Assembly: GCA_937998865.1 (NCBI GenBank)
Contig: CALLBR010000017.1
Span: 82,289-146,288, forward strand
Source of the DNA: an uncultured bacterium
Lineage (GTDB): Bacteria; Nitrospirota; Thermodesulfovibrionia; Thermodesulfovibrionales; Thermodesulfovibrionaceae
Reading direction: 5' to 3'
Length of the DNA: 64,000 nt
The stretch's first letter is position 1. Each line of letters starts with the position of its first letter. This document shows positions 9,287 through 18,262 of this stretch, piece by piece. The translations under genes were made by a program, and so were the position numbers. The notes below the pieces were generated by a model that saw only the letters and a list, made by a program, of their open reading frames with translations, was not told the origin of the DNA and ran no database searches.

Positions 9287-11098
9287 TTATGAACTCTTAA
9301 ATCTATTCACATCAGTATGAGGTATAAAAAGAGCTAATACATATTCATCCATGAAAGTTTTCGAGCGAGAAAGGTCTATGTATGTCATCACTTCAGCAAT
9401 TTCCTCTGCTTTATTTCGAAATTCTTTACTCAGAAGACATAAAATTGAACCAGAAAGAGAAGTATTTCCAAGGAAATAGTACTTTTCAGAGTTTAATTTT
9501 GGAAGCATTCCAATTTCTATCGCTTTTTTTAAATCTAAAAACTCTCCAAATCCTCCAGCAATATAAACTTTTGATATCTCTGCCTCTGTGATTCCCACTT
9601 CTTTTAATGCTGTTGAGATACCTGCATAGATGGCTGCTTTTGCTCTGACAATATTGTCAATATCTGCCTGAGTAATGTAGCAATTCTCTGTAATATAAAA
9701 TTTAATATCATCCTCAACAACAATATGTTTTGAAGTATTTGTCAAAATTCTGCCCTTGTTATCTATAATTCCAGCCTTAAAAAGCTCTGAAACAATATCA
9801 ATCATTCCAGAACCGCAAATCCCTAAGGGAGGAATATTTCCTATAACTTTAATTTCGAAAGTATCTCTTTTTTGGTCATAGTAAAAAGCTTCTAAAGCTC
9901 CTTCTGTAGCTCTCATTCCACAGCTTATTCCACTTCCTTCAAAAGAGGGTCCAGCAGAGGTAGAGGCTGTAATTAACCAATCCTTGTTTCCTATGACAAT
10001 CTCTCCATTTGTACCTATATCAATAAAAAGGCAAATTTCATCTTCTTTATAAATTCCTGAAGCAATAACTCCTGCTACAATATCACCTCCTACATAACCT
10101 GCCACTGAAGGCATTGTATAGATGGGTATGTTGCTTTTGAGATTAATTTTCCCATCTGAAGCTCTCCAAAGAGGATAATGATTTATCACTGGTACATAAG
10201 GCTCTTGTCTTATATATTTTGGGTTTAATCCCCAAAAAAGATGACACATGGTAGTATTGCCTGAGATTATAACATATAGAATTTGCCCTATTTTGTTTCT
10301 TAAAAGGAGGGTATTTATTAAGGCATTTATGTCATCTATTATGGATTTTCTTAAAATTTCAATGCCTTTCTGATTCTCCAGGGCATATATAATTCTCGTT
10401 ATAACATCATCACCATAGTTAATCTGAGAATTATAACAGCTTGCCACATCTATGATTTTCCCTGTATCCATGTTAATTAGGGAAGCCACCACTGTGGTAG
10501 TGCCAATGTCCAAGGCTAACCCATAAATAGCCTCCTGAGACTGCAGAAAACTAATAATTTCCTCCTCATCTGGAGCAATGGCAATGCTAATGTTCCAGTT
10601 TTTCTCTCTTAAAAATTCAGATAAAATAGCCACATCTTTTCGCGTTATCTTGAGTTTTGATCCTATAGTATGAAGAATTCTATCAAAATCTGCACGAGCA
10701 TCTTCAATTGTAGGTGGTTTAATATTAAGGTTTACTCTTTTCACTAAAGGGCTAAAAAAATAAGGGTTTTCAGAAAAAATTCTCTCTACAAGTTCTGTTC
10801 TTGCCCTTGCTATTCTTTCACTTATTGCAATAAGGTTAAAAGGTAGCTCTACAAGAATATCCTCCTCAGGATAACTTTTACAAGCAAGTACATACCCCTC
10901 TTTTTTCTCAGCTTCTTTTATACTAAAAGAAGACTCTGTTTTTACCTTTCCTTCTAAAACCTTTATCTTGCACCTTCCACAAATTCCCTTTCCTCCACAA
11001 GAAGCAGGAAGATAAATCTTATTTTCTTGCAAAACTTCAAGAATGCTTTTGCCTTTAGCTTCAAAAACTTCATTTTTATTTGTTTTTATCTTGAACAT
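9287..11098 (-). CDS. 2Fe-2S ferredoxin domain + ASKHA ATPase domain protein (RACo-like corrinoid activation family)
   Basis: 603 aa. N-terminal plant-type ferredoxin Cys pattern (CGGKGICGRCK...C). The large C-terminal acetate/sugar-kinase-like fold (DIGTTT, DIGTNGE) is as in reductive activators of corrinoid proteins. Confidence 0.75.
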   Translation of the reverse strand: MFKIKTNKNEVFEAKGKSILEVLQENKIYLPASCGGKGICGRCKIKVLEGKVKTESSFSIKEAEKKEGYVLACKSYPEEDILVELPFNLIAISERIARARTELVERIFSENPYFFSPLVKRVNLNIKPPTIEDARADFDRILHTIGSKLKITRKDVAILSEFLREKNWNISIAIAPDEEEIISFLQSQEAIYGLALDIGTTTVVASLINMDTGKIIDVASCYNSQINYGDDVITRIIYALENQKGIEILRKSIIDDINALINTLLLRNKIGQILYVIISGNTTMCHLFWGLNPKYIRQEPYVPVINHYPLWRASDGKINLKSNIPIYTMPSVAGYVGGDIVAGVIASGIYKEDEICLFIDIGTNGEIVIGNKDWLITASTSAGPSFEGSGISCGMRATEGALEAFYYDQKRDTFEIKVIGNIPPLGICGSGMIDIVSELFKAGIIDNKGRILTNTSKHIVVEDDIKFYITENCYITQADIDNIVRAKAAIYAGISTALKEVGITEAEISKVYIAGGFGEFLDLKKAIEIGMLPKLNSEKYYFLGNTSLSGSILCLLSKEFRNKAEEIAEVMTYIDLSRSKTFMDEYVLALFIPHTDVNRFKSS

Positions 11099-11102
11099 AA
11101 CT

Positions 11103-11115
11103 TAAAATTATATCA
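11103..11115. promoter_or_regulatory. overlapping divergent -10 boxes in the 16-bp RACo-like/GT9 intergenic region
   Basis: Minus strand: TGaTATAAT (11115..11107), then 8 nt, then ATG 11098. Plus strand: TAAAAT (11103..11108), then 6 nt, then ATG 11115. Neither gene has an SD. Confidence 0.35.
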
Positions 11116-11951
11116 TGAAATTACTCTTTTACCGCATGGCTGGCTTAGGAGATAGTCTTCTTACCTTTCCTATTATTGAAATATTCAAAAACAAAGGATT
11201 CGAAATTACTGTATGGGGAAACACTGAATATTTTTCTCTCGCAAGAATAGCTGGTATATGTAAAGAAATAACCATTTATGAACCAAAAAAGCACTTCCCT
11301 TTCTCAGTGATCCTATCAAAGGAAAGGTCAGTGTTTCGTCATTTAAAAAATGCAATCTTTATTGATCCAATTCCTAAGGAGGGAAAATGGGTTGTTCATT
11401 ACTATCTTGAGCAGCTAAATTTATTGGAAGAGAAATTTTCAAAGACTCTCAAAATTGATTTAAGGGAAGAAAAAATACCCCATCTTTGCATAATTCATCC
11501 TGGAAGTGGCTCAAAAAAGAAAAATCCTTCCTTAGACTTTTTTATAGACTTACAGAATTTAATCCAATCAAAGGGCTATAATACTCTTTTTGTTCTTGGT
11601 CCTGCAGAAAAGGAATTGTCTTATGTATTAAAGAATTACCAATTTTTTGACAATATCTTGGATTTAGCAAAAACTCTCATGAAAGCTTCCCTTTACGTAG
11701 GGCTTGACAGTGGAGTAAGCCATTTAAGTAGCTATCTGGGTATACCTTCTGTTATAATTTACGGTCCTACAGATCCAAAAATTTGGCATCCACTGGGTGA
11801 AAACTTTTGGACTTTAAGAGATGAAAAGTGTCCTCCCTGTTTTCCCCTATCATGCAAGGATAAAAAATGCCTGAGTAAGGACTTTTTAATCCCCCAAATT
11901 GAAGTCTTATTAGATAAAAATATCAAAGAGCTTAAAATTTCTCAAACTTAA
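11115..11951 (+). CDS. glycosyltransferase family 9 (heptosyltransferase-like)
   Basis: 278 aa. N-terminal GLGDSLLTFP motif and C-terminal GxDSGxxHL motif of GT9 enzymes. Confidence 0.75.
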   Translation: MKLLFYRMAGLGDSLLTFPIIEIFKNKGFEITVWGNTEYFSLARIAGICKEITIYEPKKHFPFSVILSKERSVFRHLKNAIFIDPIPKEGKWVVHYYLEQLNLLEEKFSKTLKIDLREEKIPHLCIIHPGSGSKKKNPSLDFFIDLQNLIQSKGYNTLFVLGPAEKELSYVLKNYQFFDNILDLAKTLMKASLYVGLDSGVSHLSSYLGIPSVIIYGPTDPKIWHPLGENFWTLRDEKCPPCFPLSCKDKKCLSKDFLIPQIEVLLDKNIKELKISQT

Positions 11952-12599
11952 ATAATGGGCATGCAAAATCAACAGATATCCTTTTGCATTAAGGTAGTAA
12001 AGTTTTTCTGGTGAAATTACTGATAAGGCCTCTAAATTTGCCATGAGCATATTCCGAAATTGCATTTTCCCAAGTTTAGTTTCAATGTCAAGATTGAGTG
12101 GTTTAAGATATCCTGCCTTTAATATTTCTTGTGAAAATTCTTCCACATCGTGGAAATCTCTTGCCAGTTCTGTTAATTTAGCCTTAATTTTTGAAAAGAA
12201 TTCGCCTTCTTTACCTTCCTCATCAAATAGTCTTTCTCCTTCCTGTGAAGTATACACTTCATCAAAAACAATAGTATAATCTTTGTCTTCTTTGATTAAA
12301 CCAAAAGGATAGTATTTACATACATTAGGTATAACATCCACTTTCCAGTTTCCCTTCTCATCTAAGAAAACATTTCTTCCGTTTATGCCGATTACAGCAA
12401 AGGGAAAAACATTACCCTCTTGAGAGCCGAACATGACTGGATAATACATTGTGGCAGTTAAAATTTCTGAATAAGTAAGAGGAACAATCTCCACATCTTG
12501 CATAAAAGAATAATCATGAGGCATTTTTATCCTCAAATCACGATGGAAAAAGCTATCAAGAGCTACTGCTTTTTTAAAAGCTTTCATTAATCCAAACAT
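11910..12599 (-). CDS. SapC-family protein
   Basis: The ...VPLTYSEILTATMYYPVMF...AVIG...NVFLDEKGNW...YYPF pattern resembles Pfam SapC. The ORF track starts at TTG 12614. I prefer ATG 12599 (MFGLMKAF...) because GGAGG (12608..12604) lies just upstream of it. Confidence 0.6.
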   Translation of the reverse strand: MFGLMKAFKKAVALDSFFHRDLRIKMPHDYSFMQDVEIVPLTYSEILTATMYYPVMFGSQEGNVFPFAVIGINGRNVFLDEKGNWKVDVIPNVCKYYPFGLIKEDKDYTIVFDEVYTSQEGERLFDEEGKEGEFFSKIKAKLTELARDFHDVEEFSQEILKAGYLKPLNLDIETKLGKMQFRNMLMANLEALSVISPEKLYYLNAKGYLLILHAHYLSLRNFKLFDIFI

Positions 12600-12675
12600 T
12601 TTACCTCCTGCCAAAAATTTTATTAAATTATATCACAAAATTTGACTTTTAAAACTCCTTAGATTAACAATAAAA

Positions 12676-15048
12676 ATGATGAATCAAACTCTTGAAATAC
12701 CAATAAAGGGTATGACCTGTGCTGCTTGTGCCCAAGCAGTACAGAGAGCATTAAAAAAAGTTGAAGGCGTAAAAGCGGCAGAGGTAAATCTTCTTACAGA
12801 AATAGCAAGAATTCAAACAGAAAGTAATGTGGATATTAAGCGCCTTATAAGCATTGTAAGAGCCACAGGATATGACATAGGTAAAAAAAGTCTTTATCTT
12901 CAAATGGGAGAATTTGATGCTGAAATTGAAAAACTTCTTCAGGAAAAAATCTCTAACCTTCATGGTGTCATAGAAATAAAGGGAGACATAGTAAACAAAA
13001 ATCTATTGATTGAATATGTTCCCACAATTATTGAAGAGGGTAAAATAATCTCTTTTATTAAAAGCCTTGGTTTAAAGAGTCAAAAATATTCAGACACTCT
13101 TAAAGAAGAGGAAGAAAAGCAAAAAGATTTTAAAAAACTAAAGAGAGATTTATATCTCAGTTTTTTGCTTACTTTGCCAGTTTTTTTAGGAAGCATGTTC
13201 CATTTCCCTTTTCTAAATGATGGATATGTTCAACTCCTTCTTACCAGTCCTGTTCAATTTATTATGGGGATGCGATTCCATCTTCTTGCCTTCCTTGCCT
13301 TAAGACACGGTACTGCCAATATGAATAGCTTAGTAAGCTTAGGGACAAATTCTGCGTATTTTTATAGCCTTATTACCTTAATTTTTGGATCAGGCTCACC
13401 CCTTTACTTTGAAACTTCGGCTGTAATAATTACTCTCATTCTCTTTGGGAGAACACTTGAGGAAAAGGCAAAGGCTAAAACTTCTGAAGCAATAAAGGAA
13501 TTAATGCAAAGACAACCCAAAAAAGCCGTTGTACTAAGAAACGGCAAAGAGCTTGAGATAAAGATTGAAGAGGTTTTAGTAGATGATATAGTTATAGTTA
13601 AAGCATCGGAAAAAATTCCTGTTGACGGAGTCATTATAGAGGGTATGGGAACAATTGATGAGTCTATGATTACAGGAGAGCCAATTCCTGTTGATAAATC
13701 AGTAGGGGAAAGAGTAATTGGTGGTACCATACTGTTAAGTGGTTTAATAAAAATTGAAGCAAAGGCAGTAGGTAATGATGCCCTTTTAAGTCAAATAATT
13801 AAGCTTATAAAAGAAGCTCAAACTGGAAAACCTCCTGTTCAGAGGCTTGCTGACAAAATCTCAGCCCTATTTGTTCCTATGGTTTTAGCAGTAGCCCTTT
13901 TAACTTTCATAATCTGGATGATCCTAAAGAATGACTTTCCTATGGCTTTATCTAATAGCATAGCTGTACTAATAATTGCTTGTCCTTGTGCCTTGGGACT
14001 TGCCACTCCAACAGCCATAATGGTAGCAACGGGAAGAGCCGCGAAGGAAGGAATTGTAATGAGAAATGTGGAAAAAATAGAAGAAATAGGTAAGGTAGAG
14101 ATAATATTTACTGATAAAACAGGCACATTAACTCAAGGAAAACCTGAAGTTAAAAGTGTTCAATATTTCGGCGATGATAGTAGAGAAATTTTAAAACTTA
14201 CTTCTACTGCTGAGAAATATTCAGAGCATCCCCTTGCAAAGGCAATACTTAGACATTGTTTAAGAGAGGAAATCTTACCAGGAGAGCCTTTAGAGTTTGA
14301 AGTTATCGCTGGAGGAGGAGTTAAAGCCAAGGTTTTAGACTCTCAAGGCATGGCAAGAGAAATTTTAATTGGTAGTAATAAACTTATGTTAAAAAAAGGT
14401 ATAACTCTACCTGATTTTTCATTTTTTGAGCCTGCTACAAAAGTATATGTTGCCGTAGACAATACAATTAAAGCTCTTTTTTTAATCACTGATCCTATCC
14501 GAGAGGAATCTCTCACCCTTGTAAAGGAACTTAAAAATCTAAACGTGGAATTAATTATCCTAACAGGAGACAATGAAAGCTCAGCGAAAGCAGTAGGAGA
14601 TAAATTAGGAATAGAAAAAATCTATGCTGAAATGCTCCCCCAGGAAAAAGCAAAGATTGTAAGACAATACAGAGTAACCCACAGAAAAGTAACTATTATG
14701 GTAGGTGATGGAATCAATGATGCACCAGCTTTAGCTGAGGCAAATGTAGGTATAGCTATGGGAAGCGGAACAGATATAGCTATTAATACAGCTGATGTAA
14801 TCCTCATGAAAGGCTCTCTTAGAGGAATTCCGATTCTTATCAAGTTAAGTAATATTACCTTGAGAACCATCAAAGAGAATCTCTTTTGGGCATTCATTTA
14901 CAATATCATAGGAATTCCTGTAGCAGCAGGTATTCTCTATATTTTTGGTGGACCTTTGATGAATCCTATGCTTGCCTCTTTAGCTATGTCTTTAAGTTCT
15001 GTATCAGTAGTAAGCAATTCACTCCTGTTAAAAAGGAAGAAAATTTAA
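12676..15048 (+). CDS. copA: copper-translocating P1B-type ATPase
   Basis: 790 aa. N-terminal HMA motif GMTCAACA, TGE, transmembrane CPC, DKTGT phosphorylation site, and GDGINDAP. Confidence 0.93.
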   Translation: MMNQTLEIPIKGMTCAACAQAVQRALKKVEGVKAAEVNLLTEIARIQTESNVDIKRLISIVRATGYDIGKKSLYLQMGEFDAEIEKLLQEKISNLHGVIEIKGDIVNKNLLIEYVPTIIEEGKIISFIKSLGLKSQKYSDTLKEEEEKQKDFKKLKRDLYLSFLLTLPVFLGSMFHFPFLNDGYVQLLLTSPVQFIMGMRFHLLAFLALRHGTANMNSLVSLGTNSAYFYSLITLIFGSGSPLYFETSAVIITLILFGRTLEEKAKAKTSEAIKELMQRQPKKAVVLRNGKELEIKIEEVLVDDIVIVKASEKIPVDGVIIEGMGTIDESMITGEPIPVDKSVGERVIGGTILLSGLIKIEAKAVGNDALLSQIIKLIKEAQTGKPPVQRLADKISALFVPMVLAVALLTFIIWMILKNDFPMALSNSIAVLIIACPCALGLATPTAIMVATGRAAKEGIVMRNVEKIEEIGKVEIIFTDKTGTLTQGKPEVKSVQYFGDDSREILKLTSTAEKYSEHPLAKAILRHCLREEILPGEPLEFEVIAGGGVKAKVLDSQGMAREILIGSNKLMLKKGITLPDFSFFEPATKVYVAVDNTIKALFLITDPIREESLTLVKELKNLNVELIILTGDNESSAKAVGDKLGIEKIYAEMLPQEKAKIVRQYRVTHRKVTIMVGDGINDAPALAEANVGIAMGSGTDIAINTADVILMKGSLRGIPILIKLSNITLRTIKENLFWAFIYNIIGIPVAAGILYIFGGPLMNPMLASLAMSLSSVSVVSNSLLLKRKKI

Positions 15049-16181
15049 AAGAAAAAGAAGGATATTATAACTCCAAAGCTTACTACATAGATTATATTTA
15101 CATTTCTTAAAAGAGCAATAAAACATAAGGTACTCATCAAACCTTTCAAGAAATTCCAATCAATGTTCCCGGCAAATTTCAGAGTAGCAAAAAGAAGAAG
15201 ACCTGCAAAAGATGAGAGAAGCCCCTTTTTACCTCTTATAAATAATTGCAAATTTTTTATTTTACTGCTTATTTCAGAGGCAAAAAAAATCAGTAAAAAA
15301 GAGGGTGAAAAAACAGCTAAAGTAGCTACCATAGCTCCTATGAATCCTTTGATTAGATATCCTACAAAGGTAGCAGTAATAACAATGGGTCCTGGTGTTA
15401 CCTGTCCTAAGGCAATTCCATCCATGAAAGTTTTATAGTCTATCCAACCAAGTCTATCTACAATTTCATGCAACATCAAAGGTAAAGAGGCATACCCACC
15501 ACCAAAAGCAAAAAGATCTATCTTAACCATTGTTATTGCCAAAGTAAAAAGGGTATTGTCAAGAAGAAAAAGGCATAATAAAAAGACAAAAAAAAGCAAA
15601 ATGAGGATAAAAAGGCCCTTTAAATTTCCTTTTCTTGAGGATGAGCTTTGAGGTAGACTTCCCTCTTTAAAAATTATTTGAGATAAGAGAAAGCAAAGCA
15701 GTATTATGAGAAAGGGATTGACCTTTAAGGTAAATAAAATAAAAGCTAAAAAGGCAACAAAAAGTTCTTTAGGGGATCTATAAATAGGTTTTATAAAACT
15801 AACTGTAGCAAAGGCTACTATTGAAACTACTATGACCTGCAAAGCATTAAAAATTGAAAGGACTGTTGAGATAGAACGAGTTTTTTCATAAAAAAAAGAC
15901 AGTATTAACATAAGGATAAAGGCAGGCATTCCAAAACCTATGTAACTTACTAGTCCACCTAAAAGACCTCTCTTTTTCATCCCTACATAGGCAGTCACCT
16001 GCATAGCTGTTGCACCAGGAATAGCCTGAGCAATAGCAACTCCTTCATCAAAGGTCTTATTGTCAAGCCATTTTTTTTCGTTAACAGACAAAGCCTTAAT
16101 ATAGGGAATCATAGCAGGACCACCAAAGGCTGTAAATCCAAGTTTTAGGAAAGAAAAAAATAAAACACTCAATTTAATCAT
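15045..16181 (-). CDS. chrA: chromate transporter (CHR family, two-domain)
   Basis: 378 aa, polytopic. The FGGPAMIPYI and FAFGGGYASLPLM motifs are repeated in the two halves. Confidence 0.85.
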   Translation of the reverse strand: MIKLSVLFFSFLKLGFTAFGGPAMIPYIKALSVNEKKWLDNKTFDEGVAIAQAIPGATAMQVTAYVGMKKRGLLGGLVSYIGFGMPAFILMLILSFFYEKTRSISTVLSIFNALQVIVVSIVAFATVSFIKPIYRSPKELFVAFLAFILFTLKVNPFLIILLCFLLSQIIFKEGSLPQSSSSRKGNLKGLFILILLFFVFLLCLFLLDNTLFTLAITMVKIDLFAFGGGYASLPLMLHEIVDRLGWIDYKTFMDGIALGQVTPGPIVITATFVGYLIKGFIGAMVATLAVFSPSFLLIFFASEISSKIKNLQLFIRGKKGLLSSFAGLLLFATLKFAGNIDWNFLKGLMSTLCFIALLRNVNIIYVVSFGVIISFFFF

Positions 16182-16193
16182 TTTTGAACTCTT

Positions 16194-16442
16194 TCAGCAT
16201 TGACCCCCTGCAATAGGAGGAAAAAGGCTTATCTCGTCTCCCTCTTTGACTTTTATGGAAAAATCAACTAAATTCACACCGTTTAAAATAACTATAAAGG
16301 GCTTTTTATTTAAATCTAAAGTCTCTATAATTTCCCCTACAGCGATAGGCTCCGTAAATTCAAGAATAAGATCCCCTTCTTCATTTTGAGGAAAAGCTCT
16401 CTTAGATTTGAGCCCGCCGAAAAGTTTTATTATAACTCTCAT
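16194..16442 (-). CDS. MoaD/ThiS-family sulfur-carrier protein with GG-QC C-terminus
   Basis: 82 aa beta-grasp-like sequence ending ...FPPIAGGQC. Lies immediately downstream of aor. No SD precedes the ATG. Confidence 0.75.
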   Translation of the reverse strand: MRVIIKLFGGLKSKRAFPQNEEGDLILEFTEPIAVGEIIETLDLNKKPFIVILNGVNLVDFSIKVKEGDEISLFPPIAGGQC

Positions 16443-16444
16443 TC

Positions 16445-16473
16445 TTTGATTATTTCAACTTTTGATTATTTCA
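16445..16473. repeat. tandem direct repeat, 2 x 13 nt (TTTGATTATTTCA), 16-nt period
   Basis: The copies at 16445..16457 and 16461..16473 are identical. They lie between the palindrome and the moaD-like ATG. Confidence 0.9.
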
Positions 16474-16504
16474 GCTCAGGATAACCAATTGGTTATCCTG
16501 AGCT
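16473..16504. repeat. perfect 32-nt palindrome (14-bp stem, AATT loop) between aor and the moaD-like gene
   Basis: AGCTCAGGATAACC-AATT-GGTTATCCTGAGCT. Starts 9 nt after the aor stop. No U tract follows on the minus strand. Confidence 0.9.
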
Positions 16505-16512
16505 AATTATAG

Positions 16513-18243
16513 TTACCAATTGAAAAGTTGGTCAAGTTCTTCGTCTTTAACCATAAAGACTACGTTATGGGGTGAAATTGGTTCTTTATAGAAAAATCTC
16601 GGTAATCTATCGTGTTGTTTGGTAAAACCTGCTCGGGCATTGAAATCTCTTTCAAATTTAAGAACCTTTTTCCCATACTCCATCACATCACTGTCTTTCA
16701 TATTCCAACCATAGAAGGCATTAATCATGTCAATTAATGCTTGATTTGTCTCAGGTTGATCAAGTAATGCAAAGGCAATGAAAAGGCACATTCCTGTAGA
16801 ATCTATGAAAGCTGTTGCAATCTGAAGATTTCTTGAAAGCTCCACTTGACCTTCAGGCTTAAGAGGGTCTACAAAACCACCGGTTTTAAGTACATTAAGT
16901 GCAATGGAATATCCTGCTGTATGATCTGCTCCCATGGGACTAGTAGCATAAGTAACTCCAATTCCTTGTACTGCACGGGGATCATAGGCAGGAATAGCCT
17001 GACCCTTTACTACTGGAACTCTCTCAACTCCAAAAGCTTTAGCAGTAAAGGCTGCACCGTTTCCTATGATTCTTCCAAGATAGGTTCCTTTTCCTATCTC
17101 ATGAATTAAATTTATTACTCCATCAGCATCACCCCATTTGATAAGCCCTGCTTCCATGGCAACCCCTATTGCAGCACCTATTTCAATGGTATCAAGCCCA
17201 TAGTTGTCACAGAGAAAATCCATCATGGCGATTTTATCTATGTCATCAATACCACAGTTTCCACCAAAAGCCCATACAGTCTCATATTCGGGCTGTTTTG
17301 TAAGATAGTTGCCATCTTTGTCATGATATATGCCTGAACATCTTATGACACATCCTCTATGGCAACCATGGGTAGGATTACCACCTCTCTGTTTTTCAAG
17401 CTCTGCTTGAACCTCACCACTTATTTTTCTTGCTCCTGCAAACTTACCATCCTTAAAGTTATAAGTAGGATAAGCTCCTACTTCATTTATTATGTTTGTA
17501 AGAACATTCGTTCCATAAGCAGGCAAACCTTGACCCGTTACAGGATGTTTCTGGAGCCCTGCAACAAAGCGTTTATTCGCATCTTTAAAAGCCTCAGGAT
17601 CCTTTGGTTGCCTTGGCAATGTTCCGGTATCATCGAGGACAATAACCTTTACTCCTTTAGAAGCCAATACAGCTCCAACTCCTCCTCTGCCACAATGTCT
17701 TGTGGGTCTGCCTTCCATATCAGTTATAGCTACTGAAGCTGCTGACATTTTCATATCTCCTGCAGGTCCTATACTAATGCAGGCAATTTTATCACCATAC
17801 TGACTTCTCATCTTTTGAACTAAATCATAATTAGATAGCATCTTAAGGGAATTATCCTTCTCGATTTTTACACCCTCTTTATTAATGAAAATCTTATAAG
17901 TATCATCTGTCTTTGGTTTTCCCTCAAGGACTATTGCTGCGATTCCCAGTTTTCCCATAACCTGTGCAGCCTGTCCGCCAGCATTTGCTTCTTTTATTCC
18001 TCCAGTAAGAGGACTTTTGCATCCTACAGAAATTCTTCCTGACATGGCAGCAGCAGTTCCACTTAGTAGTCCTCCTGCTATAACAAATTTATTATCAGCA
18101 CTTAGAGGATGACAAAGGGGATCCACTTCCTTTGATATGATAGCGGAAGTTAAAGCTCTGCCACCAAATCCTTCATACTCACCTAATTCTTCAAATTTTG
18201 CTGAAGGTGTTTCATCGCTCATGTTAACTCTTAAAATTTTCAT
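16513..18243 (-). CDS. aor: aldehyde:ferredoxin oxidoreductase (tungstopterin AOR family)
   Basis: 576 aa. AFOR N-domain (MKILRVNMSD...GGRALTS...) and a Cys cluster GCHRGCVIRC for the 4Fe-4S centre. AAGGAGG SD. Confidence 0.92.
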   Translation of the reverse strand: MKILRVNMSDETPSAKFEELGEYEGFGGRALTSAIISKEVDPLCHPLSADNKFVIAGGLLSGTAAAMSGRISVGCKSPLTGGIKEANAGGQAAQVMGKLGIAAIVLEGKPKTDDTYKIFINKEGVKIEKDNSLKMLSNYDLVQKMRSQYGDKIACISIGPAGDMKMSAASVAITDMEGRPTRHCGRGGVGAVLASKGVKVIVLDDTGTLPRQPKDPEAFKDANKRFVAGLQKHPVTGQGLPAYGTNVLTNIINEVGAYPTYNFKDGKFAGARKISGEVQAELEKQRGGNPTHGCHRGCVIRCSGIYHDKDGNYLTKQPEYETVWAFGGNCGIDDIDKIAMMDFLCDNYGLDTIEIGAAIGVAMEAGLIKWGDADGVINLIHEIGKGTYLGRIIGNGAAFTAKAFGVERVPVVKGQAIPAYDPRAVQGIGVTYATSPMGADHTAGYSIALNVLKTGGFVDPLKPEGQVELSRNLQIATAFIDSTGMCLFIAFALLDQPETNQALIDMINAFYGWNMKDSDVMEYGKKVLKFERDFNARAGFTKQHDRLPRFFYKEPISPHNVVFMVKDEELDQLFNW

Positions 18244-18262
18244 AAAAGCCTCCTTTTTTTAT

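Noticed and set aside
12642-12678. copA promoter TTGACT-17 nt-TAACAA ending 5 nt before the ATG (another possible leaderless start).
   Set aside because: The -10 hexamer is poor (TAACAA), and several alternative AT-rich hexamers fit equally well. I kept it only as weak supporting context for the leaderless pattern.
13404-13730. Minus-strand ORFs inside copA (12751..12963, 13404..13730, 13839..14126, 14343..14573, 14622..14897).
   Set aside because: Antisense shadows of a 790-aa P-type ATPase with all signature motifs intact.
15045-15048. The copA and chrA stop codons overlap on opposite strands within the palindrome TTAA.
   Set aside because: Real, but a trivial consequence of tight convergent packing. 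It has no further structure such as a terminator hairpin.
17359-17736. 125-aa plus-strand ORF inside aor (also 16846..17109 and 18137..18352).
   Set aside because: Antisense to the well-supported AOR gene, with no independent coding evidence.
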